Positions 1-10,808 are shown, numbered from the stretch's first letter. The stretch: 64,000 nucleotides of DNA from an uncultured bacterium (GCA_943788175.1 CALSPG010000006.1:32001-96000), one strand, 5' to 3'. Program-made: numbers and translations. The notes: generated by a model not told the origin, from the letters alone.

Positions 1-165
1 ATAAAAGAATCTGTAAAAGGTATTAAAAAAAATCATCATTTTGAAATACGTAAAGATTTGATTAATTCACTAAAACTAGAATTGAAGGAAAACGACAAGG
101 TTTTATTCAAAGGCTCAAGAGGAATGAAAATGGAAGAAATAATTGAAGGAGTTTTCGGAGAGTAA
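1..165 (+). CDS. murF: UDP-N-acetylmuramoyl-tripeptide--D-alanyl-D-alanine ligase, 3' end (partial)
   Basis: Frame 1 reads ...DKVLFKGSRGMKMEEIIEGVFGE* (TAA 163-165), the typical MurF C-terminal KGSRG motif; directly upstream of mraY; not in the ORF track. Confidence 0.85.
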   Translation: MKESVKGIKKNHHFEIRKDLINSLKLELKENDKVLFKGSRGMKMEEIIEGVFGE

Positions 166-228
166 TGTTAACGAGATACTTCTTACAATTTAAAGAGAAG
201 TATAAGCATTTTTAATTTATTTGAATAT

Positions 229-1269
229 TTGACCTTTAAAATTGCTTTATCTGCAATTACTGCTCTATTAATATCATTTATAATTGGTCCTATTGTTATT
301 AAAAAACTTAAAAAATATCAAATTGGTGAAGAGATAAGAACTAATGGACCAAAATCACATTTAGCAAAAAAGGGCACGCCAACCATGGGAGGAGTGATAA
401 TTATATTTGCTTCCCTCCTTCCAACCCTATTTTTTTCTGATTTAAATAATACAATGGTTATTATCGTTATACTATCAACATTATGGATGGGTGCAATTGG
501 GTTCATCGATGACTATTTAAAGATTATTATTAAAACTAAATCTGGTATGGTTGCTCGCTATAAACTCTTAGGACAAATCATTCTAGGTGGAATAATTGCT
601 TACATAATAATAAATAGTAGCGATTTTAGTGGTTTTAATACAAAAACAACGATCCCATTTTTTAAGAATTTTGAGTTTGACTTTGGCCTCTTTTATCCTA
701 TCGTGGTGATTCTAGTTATTACTGGGTCATCAAATTCAGTTAATCTTACAGATGGCTTAGATGGTTTAGCTATCGGTCTACTTGCGATCTGTTTTACTGT
801 TTTTACAGCTATTTCTTATATATCAGGTCGGATAGATTTTTCGGACTATCTTAACATATTATACCTGCCCAGTGCAGGTGAGTTAAGTATTTTCTCAAGC
901 GCAGTAGTTGGAGCCTGTCTGGGGTTTTTATGGTTTAATGCCTCCCCTGCCGAGATTTTTATGGGCGATACTGGATCCCTATCATTAGGAGCTGCTTTAG
1001 GTACCTTGTCTATCTTACTTAAAAAGGAGCTTCTACTTTTTATAATTGGCGGCGTGTTTGTGATGGAAACATTATCAGTAATAATCCAAGTGTCTTATTT
1101 CAGATATACTAAATATAAACATGGAAAAGGTGAACGTTTTTTTAAAATGGCACCCATTCATCATCATTTTGAATTATCCGGTATTCATGAAAGTAAAATT
1201 GTAATAAGGTTCTGGATTATTGGAATTCTGCTTGCTCTATTATCATTAGCTACATTTAAGGTTAGGTAA
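229..1269 (+). CDS. mraY: Phospho-N-acetylmuramoyl-pentapeptide transferase; likely true start is ATG 165 with an apparent +1 frameshift near 204
   Basis: KKGTPTMGG, NLTDGLDGL, FMGDTGS and MAPIHHHFE motifs; dcw context. Confidence 0.97.
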   Translation: MTFKIALSAITALLISFIIGPIVIKKLKKYQIGEEIRTNGPKSHLAKKGTPTMGGVIIIFASLLPTLFFSDLNNTMVIIVILSTLWMGAIGFIDDYLKIIIKTKSGMVARYKLLGQIILGGIIAYIIINSSDFSGFNTKTTIPFFKNFEFDFGLFYPIVVILVITGSSNSVNLTDGLDGLAIGLLAICFTVFTAISYISGRIDFSDYLNILYLPSAGELSIFSSAVVGACLGFLWFNASPAEIFMGDTGSLSLGAALGTLSILLKKELLLFIIGGVFVMETLSVIIQVSYFRYTKYKHGKGERFFKMAPIHHHFELSGIHESKIVIRFWIIGILLALLSLATFKVR

Positions 1270-1271
1270 GA

Positions 1272-2621
1272 ATGTCTTTTAATATAGCCAATAAAAAAAT
1301 TACAATAATAGGTTTACAAAAAAGTGGCGTCGCTGCAGCACAATTAGCATCCATGAATGGTGCAAATGTGTTTGTTAGTGATCTTATTGAAAATGAGATC
1401 ACCAAAAAGAATTACATAAAATTAACTGATAATAATATCAAATGCGAAATTGGAAAACATACTGATCGAATATTTGAATCTGAATTGTGGGTTGTTTCAC
1501 CAGGGGTTCCTAAAAATATAAAAATTATTAAAAAAGCACAATCTTTAGGCATTAAGATTATAGGAGAAATTGAATTTGCAAATATGTTTACCAATTTGCC
1601 TATAATTGCGGTTACTGGTTCAAATGGAAAGTCAACTACTGTTAGCATTATATATGATATGTTAAAAAATAGCAAATATGAACCAATCTTAGCTGGAAAT
1701 ATAGGAATTCCGTTTTCCAGTGCAGTAAAAGAATTAAATCAAAAATTAATCAAAGGAAACATTTTCATCCTTGAAGTTTCTAGTTTTCAATTAGAGTTTA
1801 TTGATCAGTTTCATCCTTACATTAGTCTTTTTTTAAATATATCTCCAGATCATTTGGATCGACATAAAAATATGGCAGAGTATGTTCGTGCAAAACTAAG
1901 TATGGTGAAAAATATGACTAATGATGATTTTATTATTTTTAATAAAGAAGATGAATCTTTAAACACTTATTTTAAAAATTTTAGTGTTAAGACAATAGCC
2001 TACGGCTTAAAAAGCGACAATAAATTTTTTAGCATCAGAAATTCAACACTGTATGATAGCAATAATGAACCTTTTTTGGAACTCAGAAAAATTCGTCTGA
2101 AAGGTCAACATAATTTATCTAATCTTATTGCCTCAGCTACAATAGCAAAAATATTGAATATTGATGGAGATTCAATTAAGAATACCATGAAAAATTTTGA
2201 AGGTATTAAGCATAGGCTCGAATTTATTCGAAAATTTAGTGACGTCATTTACATAAATGATTCAAAAGCAACAAACCTGTCTTCTGTTATTGCTGCACTA
2301 AATAGTTTTGAAAGTCCTATAATTCTCCTATTGGGAGGTAAAAATAAAGATTCAAATTTCCGGCAACTTCTTCCACATACTAGACGTCATGTAAAGCATA
2401 TAGTATCATTTGGAGAAGCCGGGGGGGAGATTGCTGCCGCATTAGGGGATGCGGTAAGACTCAAAAAAACAAGTAGTCTTAGTCAAGCGGTGGCGTCTGC
2501 CCATAAAGTAGCCAGCCCTGGTGATGTTGTTTTAATGTCACCGGGCTGTGCTAGTTTCGATCAGTTCAAGAGTTTTGAACAGCGTGGAACCAAGTTTAAA
2601 GAGCTAGTAAATAGGCTATAA
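1272..2621 (+). CDS. murD: UDP-N-acetylmuramoyl-L-alanine--D-glutamate ligase
   Basis: VSPGVP, TGSNGKST, EVSSFQL, NDSKATN and SPGCASFDQF motifs. Confidence 0.96.
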   Translation: MSFNIANKKITIIGLQKSGVAAAQLASMNGANVFVSDLIENEITKKNYIKLTDNNIKCEIGKHTDRIFESELWVVSPGVPKNIKIIKKAQSLGIKIIGEIEFANMFTNLPIIAVTGSNGKSTTVSIIYDMLKNSKYEPILAGNIGIPFSSAVKELNQKLIKGNIFILEVSSFQLEFIDQFHPYISLFLNISPDHLDRHKNMAEYVRAKLSMVKNMTNDDFIIFNKEDESLNTYFKNFSVKTIAYGLKSDNKFFSIRNSTLYDSNNEPFLELRKIRLKGQHNLSNLIASATIAKILNIDGDSIKNTMKNFEGIKHRLEFIRKFSDVIYINDSKATNLSSVIAALNSFESPIILLLGGKNKDSNFRQLLPHTRRHVKHIVSFGEAGGEIAAALGDAVRLKKTSSLSQAVASAHKVASPGDVVLMSPGCASFDQFKSFEQRGTKFKELVNRL

Positions 2622-2629
2622 TTAATTAA

Positions 2630-3781
2630 ATGAGACTTAATATATCAATTCAACAATATGATAGGCCTTTGCTTTTCGTTTGCCTTTTTTTATGCGCATT
2701 CGGAACAATTATGCTCTACAGTGCAAGTTGGAATGAATCATTTGTTCGTTCAGGTGGTTCTACAGATTCATTGTTCCTAAGAGGTCATCTAATACGAATG
2801 GTCTTAGGTTTTTGTTGCATGCTTGCTTTTTTATTAATCGATTATCGTAGTTTAAAATTAATAGCTCCATATTTATTAATATTCTCGATTCTACTACTAA
2901 TGTGTACCAAAGGCTATCATCTAATACTAGGTAATACAAGACCTGCTAGGTGGTTAAGTATTGGTTCGTTCTCTGTTCAGACATCTGACATAGCTAGATT
3001 GTCACTAATTATTTTTTTAGCATATTATTTAGATCAACTAAAGTTACAAATTAAAAATTTTAAATCAGGATTCTTGCCTTGTATTTCTGTTATTGCATTA
3101 ATGATGACATTAATTGTTATTCAACCTGATTTTAGCACAGCGCTAATAATCGGTTCAATTGGTGTAATTATTTTATTTATCGCTGGTGCAAAGATAAAAC
3201 ACATTGTTTTTTCAACTTTACTAGGATTTGTAATGAGTATTCCCATTGTTTACTTTAAACCTTATAGGTTAGCTAGAATTCTCTCCTTTTTTGATAAAAC
3301 TGATATAAAGGAAAGTGGATACCAAGCTCATCAAGCATTGCTTAGTTTAGGTAATGGGGGTTTATTTGGCGTAGGCTTAGGTAATAGTGTCGAAAAAAAC
3401 CACCTCCTCCCTACGCCACACACAGATTTTATTTTTTCAATAATTGGAGAAGAATTAGGCTTATTTAGAGGGACACTGCCACTTTTAATAGCATTTTTAT
3501 ATATTTTTTACAGAGGAATAAAAATATCCCAAAAATGCACTGACCCATTTGGAATTTTATTGGCAACTGGATTTAGTATAAATATAGTTCTATATGCTTT
3601 TGTAAATGCTTCAGTTGCAACCGGTCTTTTTCCTGTTACAGGATTACCAATGCCAATGATTAGTTATGGTGGATCTGGATTATTAATAAATATGGCAATG
3701 ATTGGAATATTATTAAACATAAGCCAAGCGAAAAGAAGTATAAGTGGTGGCCTAAATTGGAGAAATTTCAATTTTGGATAA
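2630..3781 (+). CDS. ftsW: Cell division SEDS protein FtsW
   Basis: Multi-pass membrane protein with QPDFST, HTDFIFSIIGEELG and ISYGGS motifs; between murD and murG. Confidence 0.95.
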   Translation: MRLNISIQQYDRPLLFVCLFLCAFGTIMLYSASWNESFVRSGGSTDSLFLRGHLIRMVLGFCCMLAFLLIDYRSLKLIAPYLLIFSILLLMCTKGYHLILGNTRPARWLSIGSFSVQTSDIARLSLIIFLAYYLDQLKLQIKNFKSGFLPCISVIALMMTLIVIQPDFSTALIIGSIGVIILFIAGAKIKHIVFSTLLGFVMSIPIVYFKPYRLARILSFFDKTDIKESGYQAHQALLSLGNGGLFGVGLGNSVEKNHLLPTPHTDFIFSIIGEELGLFRGTLPLLIAFLYIFYRGIKISQKCTDPFGILLATGFSINIVLYAFVNASVATGLFPVTGLPMPMISYGGSGLLINMAMIGILLNISQAKRSISGGLNWRNFNFG

Positions 3782-4880
3782 AATTAGAATAATTATAGCT
3801 GGTGGAGGTACCGGGGGTCACTTATTCCCCGCAATTGCAATTGGAGAAGAAATAAAAGAACGTATACCTGATGCTGAGATACATTTTATAGGTTCAACAT
3901 TTGGTTTAGAATCAAAAGTATTTCCGGTAAAAGATTTAATACACACATTACTACCTATAAGAGGATTGCAGAGGAGTATAAATATTCGAAATATTTTAAA
4001 AAATCTATCTCTCCCTTTTAGAATAATTAGATCTTTTATAAAAGTGCGTTCCATTTACAAAGATTTCAACCCAGGATTGGTAATTGGAACTGGTGGATAT
4101 GCTAGCGCAGTGCCTTTATTTGTTGCCGTAACAAAAAATCCAAAAATTCCAATTATTTTGCAAGAACAAAACTCTTCCCCAGGATTAACAACTAGATGGT
4201 TTGCCAAGAAAGCAAGCTTAATTTGTTCTGCTTTTAATGTTTTAAAGGATGTTTCTGAAAATGGAGTCATTTTAACAGGCAATCCAATTAGAAGTACTAT
4301 TTTAAATGGTAAAAAAAAATTAGCAATTAAAGATTTTAATCTTTCAGAAAATAAAAAAACTATTTTCATTTTTGGTGGAAGTCAAGGGTCAAGATTCTTG
4401 AATAATTCTCTTTTGAAAATTTTACGAAAAATCAACTTTAAAAATATTCAAATAATATGGCAAACAGGTGATAAAGATTTTCGGAAGTATAAATCTTTTA
4501 TAGACAATAACTTGAAAATAGTTCCATTTATTAATGATATGGCAAGTGCTTACGCGATTTCTGACTTGGTCATTTGCCGAAGTGGTGCACTTACATTATC
4601 TGAACTAACAGCATGTGGAAAACCGAGTATTTTGATTCCTTTTGCAGCCGCAGCTGGAAACCATCAACTTAAAAATGCAACGACCTTAAAAAAGAATAAG
4701 GCTGCAGTTATAATAGAAGAGAAAGATTTGAGCACTCAAATATTATTGTCAAATATTAATAATCTTATAAACAATGATGTAGCGTTAAAAAAAATGTCAG
4801 AAGCTTCTAAAAAGCTAGGAAATCCTAATGCTACTAAAGTAATAGTAGATAGTCTAGTTGAAAGAAATTATTTTGTTTAA
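3774..4880 (+). CDS. murG: Lipid II N-acetylglucosaminyltransferase
   Basis: GGGTGGHLFP, GTGGY, EQN, GGSQG and RSGALTLSE motifs; TTG start. Confidence 0.97.
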   Translation: MDKIRIIIAGGGTGGHLFPAIAIGEEIKERIPDAEIHFIGSTFGLESKVFPVKDLIHTLLPIRGLQRSINIRNILKNLSLPFRIIRSFIKVRSIYKDFNPGLVIGTGGYASAVPLFVAVTKNPKIPIILQEQNSSPGLTTRWFAKKASLICSAFNVLKDVSENGVILTGNPIRSTILNGKKKLAIKDFNLSENKKTIFIFGGSQGSRFLNNSLLKILRKINFKNIQIIWQTGDKDFRKYKSFIDNNLKIVPFINDMASAYAISDLVICRSGALTLSELTACGKPSILIPFAAAAGNHQLKNATTLKKNKAAVIIEEKDLSTQILLSNINNLINNDVALKKMSEASKKLGNPNATKVIVDSLVERNYFV

Positions 4881-6267
4881 AAAAGCAAAACGAATCCACT
4901 TTGTTGGAATTGGTGGAATTGGTATGAGTGGCATAGCAGAATTATTGCTGAACCTGAAATTTGATATTACAGGTTCTGATATAAATCAATCACAAAATGT
5001 AAAAAGGCTTGAATCGAAAGGAATTAAAGTATCAATAAACCACAGTGCTGATAATGTTAAAAATGTTGATGTTGTAGTTTATTCAAGCGCTGTAAAACAC
5101 AATAATCCTGAATTGATTGCTGCACATGAAAAGAATATTCCGGTAATTAGAAGAGCTGAAATGCTCGCACAATTAATTAGTTTAAAACAAACAAGTATTG
5201 CAGTAGGTGGAACACACGGGAAAACAACAACCAGTTCAATGATTGGAATGGTACTTGAAGAATCTGGATATGATCCTACATTAGTAGTTGGGGGTCTAGT
5301 AAGCAATCTTAATAGTAATGTGAAACTAGGATTTGGTGATATAATTGTTGTTGAAGCGGATGAATATGACCGTAGCTTTCTAGCTTTAAACCCTACTATC
5401 GCTGTTGTGACAAATTTAGAATTAGAGCATACAGATTGTTACTCTGATTTAGAAGATTTAGAAAAAGCTTTTTTACAATATTGTAATTCAGTTCCTTTTT
5501 ATGGAGAAGTTATTTTATGTGCTGATTCACCATCATTAATGAAAATTGCAAAAAATATCAAAAAACCTATGGTAACCTATGGCACTTCAACCGCTGCAGA
5601 CTTTAGAGCAGTTAACATTAAGTACAAAGCTGGAAAAAGCTTTTACAATTTAGTACACAACGAAATAGACTTTGGACAGGTCATAATTAATGCACCCGGG
5701 AATCACAATGTGTTAAACTCATTGTCAGCAATTGCTCTAGGGATAGAATTAAATATTCCATTTGACAAACTAAAAAGTGGTATAAATAATTATAGCGGTG
5801 TCAGGAGACGGTTCGATATAAAAGAAAATAATAGCGACATCATGGTAGTAGATGACTATGCGCATCATCCCACAGAGGTATACGCAACCATTACTGCTGC
5901 AAAAACAGGTTGGAAGAAAAAAATTGTTTCAGTTTTTCAACCTCATTTATTTACAAGAACTAGAGATTTTTACAAGGAGTTTGCAGAGTCTTTATTTCAA
6001 TCAGATTACATAATAATTACTGAGATATACCCTGCGAGGGAGGAGCCAATTAACGAAATAAGCTCCCAACTAATTGTTAATGAGCTAAAGCGGTTAGGTC
6101 ATCAAAACATAAATTATATTGATAACCTAACTGAATTGAATGGTATACTAGATAACCTGGGACTAGATAATCATATGGTAATAACGATGGGCGCCGGAGA
6201 TATCTGGAGATTTAATGATAAATACAACAATCATCTTATCAAAAAAAACCAAGCGTCTAAGCTATGA
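4873..6267 (+). CDS. murC: UDP-N-acetylmuramate--L-alanine ligase (start TTG 4873 or 4858)
   Basis: HFVGIGGIGMSG, GTHGKTTT, EADEYD and DDYAHHPTE motifs. Confidence 0.97.
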   Translation: MFKKAKRIHFVGIGGIGMSGIAELLLNLKFDITGSDINQSQNVKRLESKGIKVSINHSADNVKNVDVVVYSSAVKHNNPELIAAHEKNIPVIRRAEMLAQLISLKQTSIAVGGTHGKTTTSSMIGMVLEESGYDPTLVVGGLVSNLNSNVKLGFGDIIVVEADEYDRSFLALNPTIAVVTNLELEHTDCYSDLEDLEKAFLQYCNSVPFYGEVILCADSPSLMKIAKNIKKPMVTYGTSTAADFRAVNIKYKAGKSFYNLVHNEIDFGQVIINAPGNHNVLNSLSAIALGIELNIPFDKLKSGINNYSGVRRRFDIKENNSDIMVVDDYAHHPTEVYATITAAKTGWKKKIVSVFQPHLFTRTRDFYKEFAESLFQSDYIIITEIYPAREEPINEISSQLIVNELKRLGHQNINYIDNLTELNGILDNLGLDNHMVITMGAGDIWRFNDKYNNHLIKKNQASKL

Positions 6268-7187
6268 ATTTAAATAAATTAAAATCTCGGTTTGATTGCG
6301 ACATATTAATCAATGAAAGAATGTCAAATCACACATCTTATGGCATAGGCGGGTCAGTTTTAGCCTACATAAGGCCAAATAATAAAAATGACCTTATAAA
6401 AATAATAAAAATGATGAATGAGAAAAATCATAAGACGTATTATTTAGGTTCTGGTTCTAATTTGCTAGTAAACGATAAAAATATAAATGCTTTTGTCATT
6501 ACCACTGCCAGAGCAATAAAAGACCTAAAAATCACAAATAACATAATACATGCTGATTCAGGAGTAATGCTTGGAAAACTTGTAAAAGAATCTATGAAAC
6601 ATAAGTTGACAGGCCTAGAAAGCCTTGCTGGCGTACCAGGAACTCTTGGAGGAGCTTTAAAAATGAACGCAGGTGCATGGGGCTCCGAAATTTCAAATTA
6701 TTTAACCTCAGTTGAAATTGTTGATATCAATGGAAGTGTTAAAACACTTAAACCAATAGATTTAAATTTTGGATACAGAAGCTCATCTTTCAGCTCTGAA
6801 TATTTTATTCTTTCAGCACAATTCAAATTAAAATCATCAAGTAAAGAAAATATAAAAATTAAAAAAGCAAAAGCTAGTGACGGGCGCAAAAAGACACAGC
6901 CACTTAAATACAGATCGGCTGGGAGCGTTTTTAAAAATCCTCGCTCAAATTTAGCAGCAGGTTTCCTTATAGAAAAATCAGGTTTAAAAGGAACTAAATA
7001 TGGTGATGCAGAGATATCAACTCATCATGCAAATTTTTTTATAAATCATGGGAATGCTAAAGCTAGTGACGTTGCATTTCTAATTAGACTAAGTAGAAAA
7101 ACAGTCTATGAAAAATATGGAATAATGCTAGATCTCGAATTAAGAACAATTGGTTTTAATAATAATAACTTATTTCCAAATGCCTAA
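6264..7187 (+). CDS. murB: UDP-N-acetylenolpyruvoylglucosamine reductase
   Basis: GSGSNLL, PGTLGGALKMNAGA, SAGSVFKNP and HANF motifs. Confidence 0.96.
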   Translation: MNLNKLKSRFDCDILINERMSNHTSYGIGGSVLAYIRPNNKNDLIKIIKMMNEKNHKTYYLGSGSNLLVNDKNINAFVITTARAIKDLKITNNIIHADSGVMLGKLVKESMKHKLTGLESLAGVPGTLGGALKMNAGAWGSEISNYLTSVEIVDINGSVKTLKPIDLNFGYRSSSFSSEYFILSAQFKLKSSSKENIKIKKAKASDGRKKTQPLKYRSAGSVFKNPRSNLAAGFLIEKSGLKGTKYGDAEISTHHANFFINHGNAKASDVAFLIRLSRKTVYEKYGIMLDLELRTIGFNNNNLFPNA

Positions 7188-7944
7188 AAAAAATACAAAC
7201 AAAAACTATTTTATAATTTTGTCAAAATTTATACTAATTAGTTCTCTGATGGCTTTTATTATATGGATGTCAATATCATGGGGGAACTCTAAAAAACCAT
7301 TCTATGAATCATCAGTTATTGTAAATGGTGCTAGTGCCATTAACGACACTACCTACCTTTCCTATGTAAATCAAATGACAGGACAAAAAGTGAATGATTT
7401 ATCTAAGAAGAGACTTATAAATGCGCTTGTAACTCACCCATTTGTCCATGTGGCAAGAGTAAGTAACCGTTATCCAAGCAAACTAATTATAGATATAAAG
7501 GAACGAAAGCCCTTCGCTCTTCTAAATAAAGACCCAATGGTAATTCTAGATCAAAACTGTTATGTGCTTCCAGATATCAATAATCTGGAAAAATATGATA
7601 TTCCTGTATTATCGAAGTTTAATAAGGATAATAAACTTTATCCACATGGCGAGAAGTCATTATCTATTAAAGTTCAAAATACTATATCATGGCTGAGCTC
7701 TCTACATGATAAATATCCAAATTTTTATTATGATATTTCTGAAATTTTATTAGAAAATGGAGATGAAATAGTTATTATTCTTAATGAAAACCCAACAAAA
7801 ATATTTTTAGGTAATTCCAATACATTAAAGAAGATTGCAATTTTAAAAAAATTTGAAGAAACAATTCTTAATACAAAAAAAATCACTGATTATGCATACC
7901 TTGACATAAGGTACAACAATCAATTAATAGCAAAAGAATTTTAA
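7180..7944 (+). CDS. ftsQ: Cell division protein FtsQ/DivIB
   Basis: N-terminal TM, POTRA-like segment (HPFV...RYPSKLIIDIKERKP) and C-terminal YLDIRY; between murB and ftsA; ATG 7180 preferred over TTG 7150. Confidence 0.85.
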   Translation: MPKKNTNKNYFIILSKFILISSLMAFIIWMSISWGNSKKPFYESSVIVNGASAINDTTYLSYVNQMTGQKVNDLSKKRLINALVTHPFVHVARVSNRYPSKLIIDIKERKPFALLNKDPMVILDQNCYVLPDINNLEKYDIPVLSKFNKDNKLYPHGEKSLSIKVQNTISWLSSLHDKYPNFYYDISEILLENGDEIVIILNENPTKIFLGNSNTLKKIAILKKFEETILNTKKITDYAYLDIRYNNQLIAKEF

Positions 7945-7951
7945 CAAAAAG

Positions 7952-9205
7952 ATGAATAATAGTGTAGATAATGAAATAGTTGCAGGTTTAGACATTGGAT
8001 CAGAAAACATATTTTGTTCTATTGGCTCAATTGATAAAGATAATTCAAGCATCAAACTGCTTGGGTTGGGGATTGCCCCCGTTCTCGATAGCTTTAAAAA
8101 AGGATCAATTACGAACCGTAATTCCCTAATTGAGCAACTTGAGATAGCAGTAAATGAAGCAGAGGTAATGGCGGGGAAAAAAATCAATAGTGCATATATG
8201 GCTATAACTGGTGATCACATAAGATGCATGAACACTCAAGGTGCAATTGCCTTAAACAGAAACAAAACAAATGGTTCAAATGATAACAAACCAATATCAG
8301 TATATGATATTCAAAGAGTACTAGAACTCACTCAGGGCATTGCCCTTCCGCCAGATAGGGATATCTTACATACTATTCCTCAAGAGTTTATAGTTGACAC
8401 ATTAGAAAAGATAGATAATCCGATTGGCTTAACTGGGAAAAGATTAGAAGGGCATGTTCACCTTGTAACCGCTTCTACAACAGCAATGAAGAACTTAATA
8501 GAATCAGCCGAAGAATTAGGTATAAACATCAACGGTCTAGTTTTCAAACCTCTAGCATCTGCAATGCCAGCACTAACAAAAGATGAGATAAAACTTGGCG
8601 TTTCTATTATCGATATAGGATCTACTACAACGAGTATTGCAGTTTACAATGAAGGATCAATTCGACATTCAGCGGTAATCCCAATTGGTTCATCAAGTAT
8701 AACAAATGACATAGCCGTTATGCTAAGAATAAGCATCGAAAAAGCGGAAGAAATAAAAATTAAGTATGCATCTGCAAAATCGTCCCTGAGTTCAGAAAAA
8801 CTTGAATTTGAAGTACCTTTAAATGAAGAGAGTCAAATGATATCTGAAAATGAATTATCTCAGTATGTTGAAGCAAGAATGGAAGAAATTTTTCAGTTGG
8901 CACATAATGAAATTAAAAGAGCGGGTATAGATAGCAACCTAACATACGGAGTAGTGTTAACCGGTGGAGGTGCTCAATTAAGAAATATTATTCCATTAGC
9001 AAATGAACTATTAAATATGCCAGTAAGGCTAGGCAAGCCAGAAAACTATTTAAGCGGCAATAAAGATTTTGCAGATGACCCTGTTCATTCAACTGCTCTG
9101 GGACTATTATTATGGCCTTTATTATCAAACGAACAAAAGACATTACAACATAATACAATCCCCTGGTGGGATAGCATTAAACAATTTTTTAAAGAATTAT
9201 TTTAA
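7952..9205 (+). CDS. ftsA: Cell division protein FtsA
   Basis: GLDIGS, HTIPQEFIVD, IDIGSTTT and VVLTGGGA motifs. Confidence 0.97.
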   Translation: MNNSVDNEIVAGLDIGSENIFCSIGSIDKDNSSIKLLGLGIAPVLDSFKKGSITNRNSLIEQLEIAVNEAEVMAGKKINSAYMAITGDHIRCMNTQGAIALNRNKTNGSNDNKPISVYDIQRVLELTQGIALPPDRDILHTIPQEFIVDTLEKIDNPIGLTGKRLEGHVHLVTASTTAMKNLIESAEELGININGLVFKPLASAMPALTKDEIKLGVSIIDIGSTTTSIAVYNEGSIRHSAVIPIGSSSITNDIAVMLRISIEKAEEIKIKYASAKSSLSSEKLEFEVPLNEESQMISENELSQYVEARMEEIFQLAHNEIKRAGIDSNLTYGVVLTGGGAQLRNIIPLANELLNMPVRLGKPENYLSGNKDFADDPVHSTALGLLLWPLLSNEQKTLQHNTIPWWDSIKQFFKELF

Positions 9206-9229
9206 TCCACAAACCAAAGGAGAATAAAC

Positions 9230-10417
9230 ATGTTATTCGAATTCGATAGTTTATCAGAACAAAAAGCAAACTTAAAAGTAGTTGGTGTTGGAGGCGCAGG
9301 AGGAAATGCCGTCAATCGTATGATTACTTCTGGAATGGCGGGAGTAGATTTTATTGCGATTAATACAGATGCTCAAGACTTAGAAAACAACCCAGCAGAA
9401 CACAAAATACAAATTGGTAAAAACTTAACAAAAGGATTGGGTGCCGGAGCGAATTCTAATGTTGGTAGAAATGCTGCTGAAGCCGATAGCGAGGTTATTC
9501 ATAGTTTACTAGAAGGAGCCGACATGGCTTTTATCACAGGTGGAATGGGCGGAGGAACTGGTACAGGTGCAGCACCTATGATTGCTCAAATATCAAGAGA
9601 ACTTGGTATTTTAACAGTTGGCATTGTAACATTACCATTTAAGTTCGAGGGCCCAAAAAGACACGCTAGAGCATTAGAAGGTATTGCAGAAATGAAGAAA
9701 TCATGTGATACGCTGATTGCTATACCAAATCAAAAGTTATTATCTGTAGTTGATAAGTCAACCACTCTTCCTGAGGCCTTTGAAATGGCGGATGGTATAC
9801 TCCATCAAGCAGCAAAAGGAATATCGGATCTAATAAATGTTCACGGTATGATAAATTTAGATTTTGCGGATGTTGAAACAGTTATGAAAAACATGGGTGA
9901 AGCAATTATGGGTACAGGTACTGCGCATGGAGAGGAAAGAGCAGCATTAGCAGCTCAACAAGCAATATCTAGTCCCCTACTAGACAATGCATCTATAGCT
10001 GGAGCACAAGGAGTACTTGTAAATATTACAGGCGGTGAAAATATCACATTGCATGAGATCGATGAAGCAACTAGTATCATTCTTGAGGAAGCAGGCGAAT
10101 CTGCAAATATAATTGTAGGGGCAGTCATAGATAAAAATATGACAGAGGATATTCAAGTAACTGTTATTTCAACTGGATTTGATACTATGGAGAAAAATAC
10201 CATTTCGCCAGAAAAAATAGAAAAAGCGACACCAACTAGTGAATTACAGAATATGATTAATAAACCACTTCATGCTGAAAAGGCTCAAGAGCAACAAACA
10301 GAATCAAAATCAAATAAAGAAGGTAAACTATTTTTTGATGGTACTAACGAAACGCCTTCAATTTACGAGAAGAGGTTAGATGTACCAGCATTTCTTAGGA
10401 AAAGTCAGGATAGATAG
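9230..10417 (+). CDS. ftsZ: Cell division protein FtsZ
   Basis: GGGTGTG tubulin signature, NLDFADV, C-terminal [19 protein letters not shown] upstream. Confidence 0.99.
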   Translation: MLFEFDSLSEQKANLKVVGVGGAGGNAVNRMITSGMAGVDFIAINTDAQDLENNPAEHKIQIGKNLTKGLGAGANSNVGRNAAEADSEVIHSLLEGADMAFITGGMGGGTGTGAAPMIAQISRELGILTVGIVTLPFKFEGPKRHARALEGIAEMKKSCDTLIAIPNQKLLSVVDKSTTLPEAFEMADGILHQAAKGISDLINVHGMINLDFADVETVMKNMGEAIMGTGTAHGEERAALAAQQAISSPLLDNASIAGAQGVLVNITGGENITLHEIDEATSIILEEAGESANIIVGAVIDKNMTEDIQVTVISTGFDTMEKNTISPEKIEKATPTSELQNMINKPLHAEKAQEQQTESKSNKEGKLFFDGTNETPSIYEKRLDVPAFLRKSQDR

Positions 10418-10473
10418 ATTACTGAATAAATAAAATAAAAAAACTAAATGTGTAAAATCATTGATAAAAATAT

Positions 10474-10710
10474 TTAAATAGTTTTTCCTTGAGCTTTAAG
10501 CTCATTGATAACTTTTCTAATACCTTTTTTATCAATGATACGCATACCTTTTGTGGAAACACGAAGGGTTACAAAGCGATTTTCATCGGGTAGCCAGAAA
10601 CGTTTCTTTTGTAAGTTAACGTTGAATCTTCTACGAGATTTATTGTTAGCATGACTAACATTATTGCCAAACATTGGTTTTTTACCTGTGACGTCACATA
10701 CCCTACTCAT
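10474..10710 (-). CDS. rpmB: 50S ribosomal protein L28
   Basis: [29 protein letters not shown]; single-Cys, zinc-free type. Confidence 0.97.
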   Translation of the reverse strand: MSRVCDVTGKKPMFGNNVSHANNKSRRRFNVNLQKKRFWLPDENRFVTLRVSTKGMRIIDKKGIRKVINELKAQGKTI

Positions 10711-10766
10711 TATATCTCTCTCATTTCTTGTTAAAAATAATTTATTTTGTTAAATATTATTTAATA

Positions 10767-10774
10767 TAAATTTG
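10767..10774 (+). promoter_or_regulatory. Possible Bacteroidetes-type -7 promoter element (TAAATTTG) upstream of dusB
   Basis: Exact TAnnTTTG match, with TTTG at 10746-10749; the AT-rich background makes a chance match possible. Confidence 0.3.
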
Positions 10775-10808
10775 CCGTGGAAATTACATTTTCTTTTTTA
10801 ATTCACAA

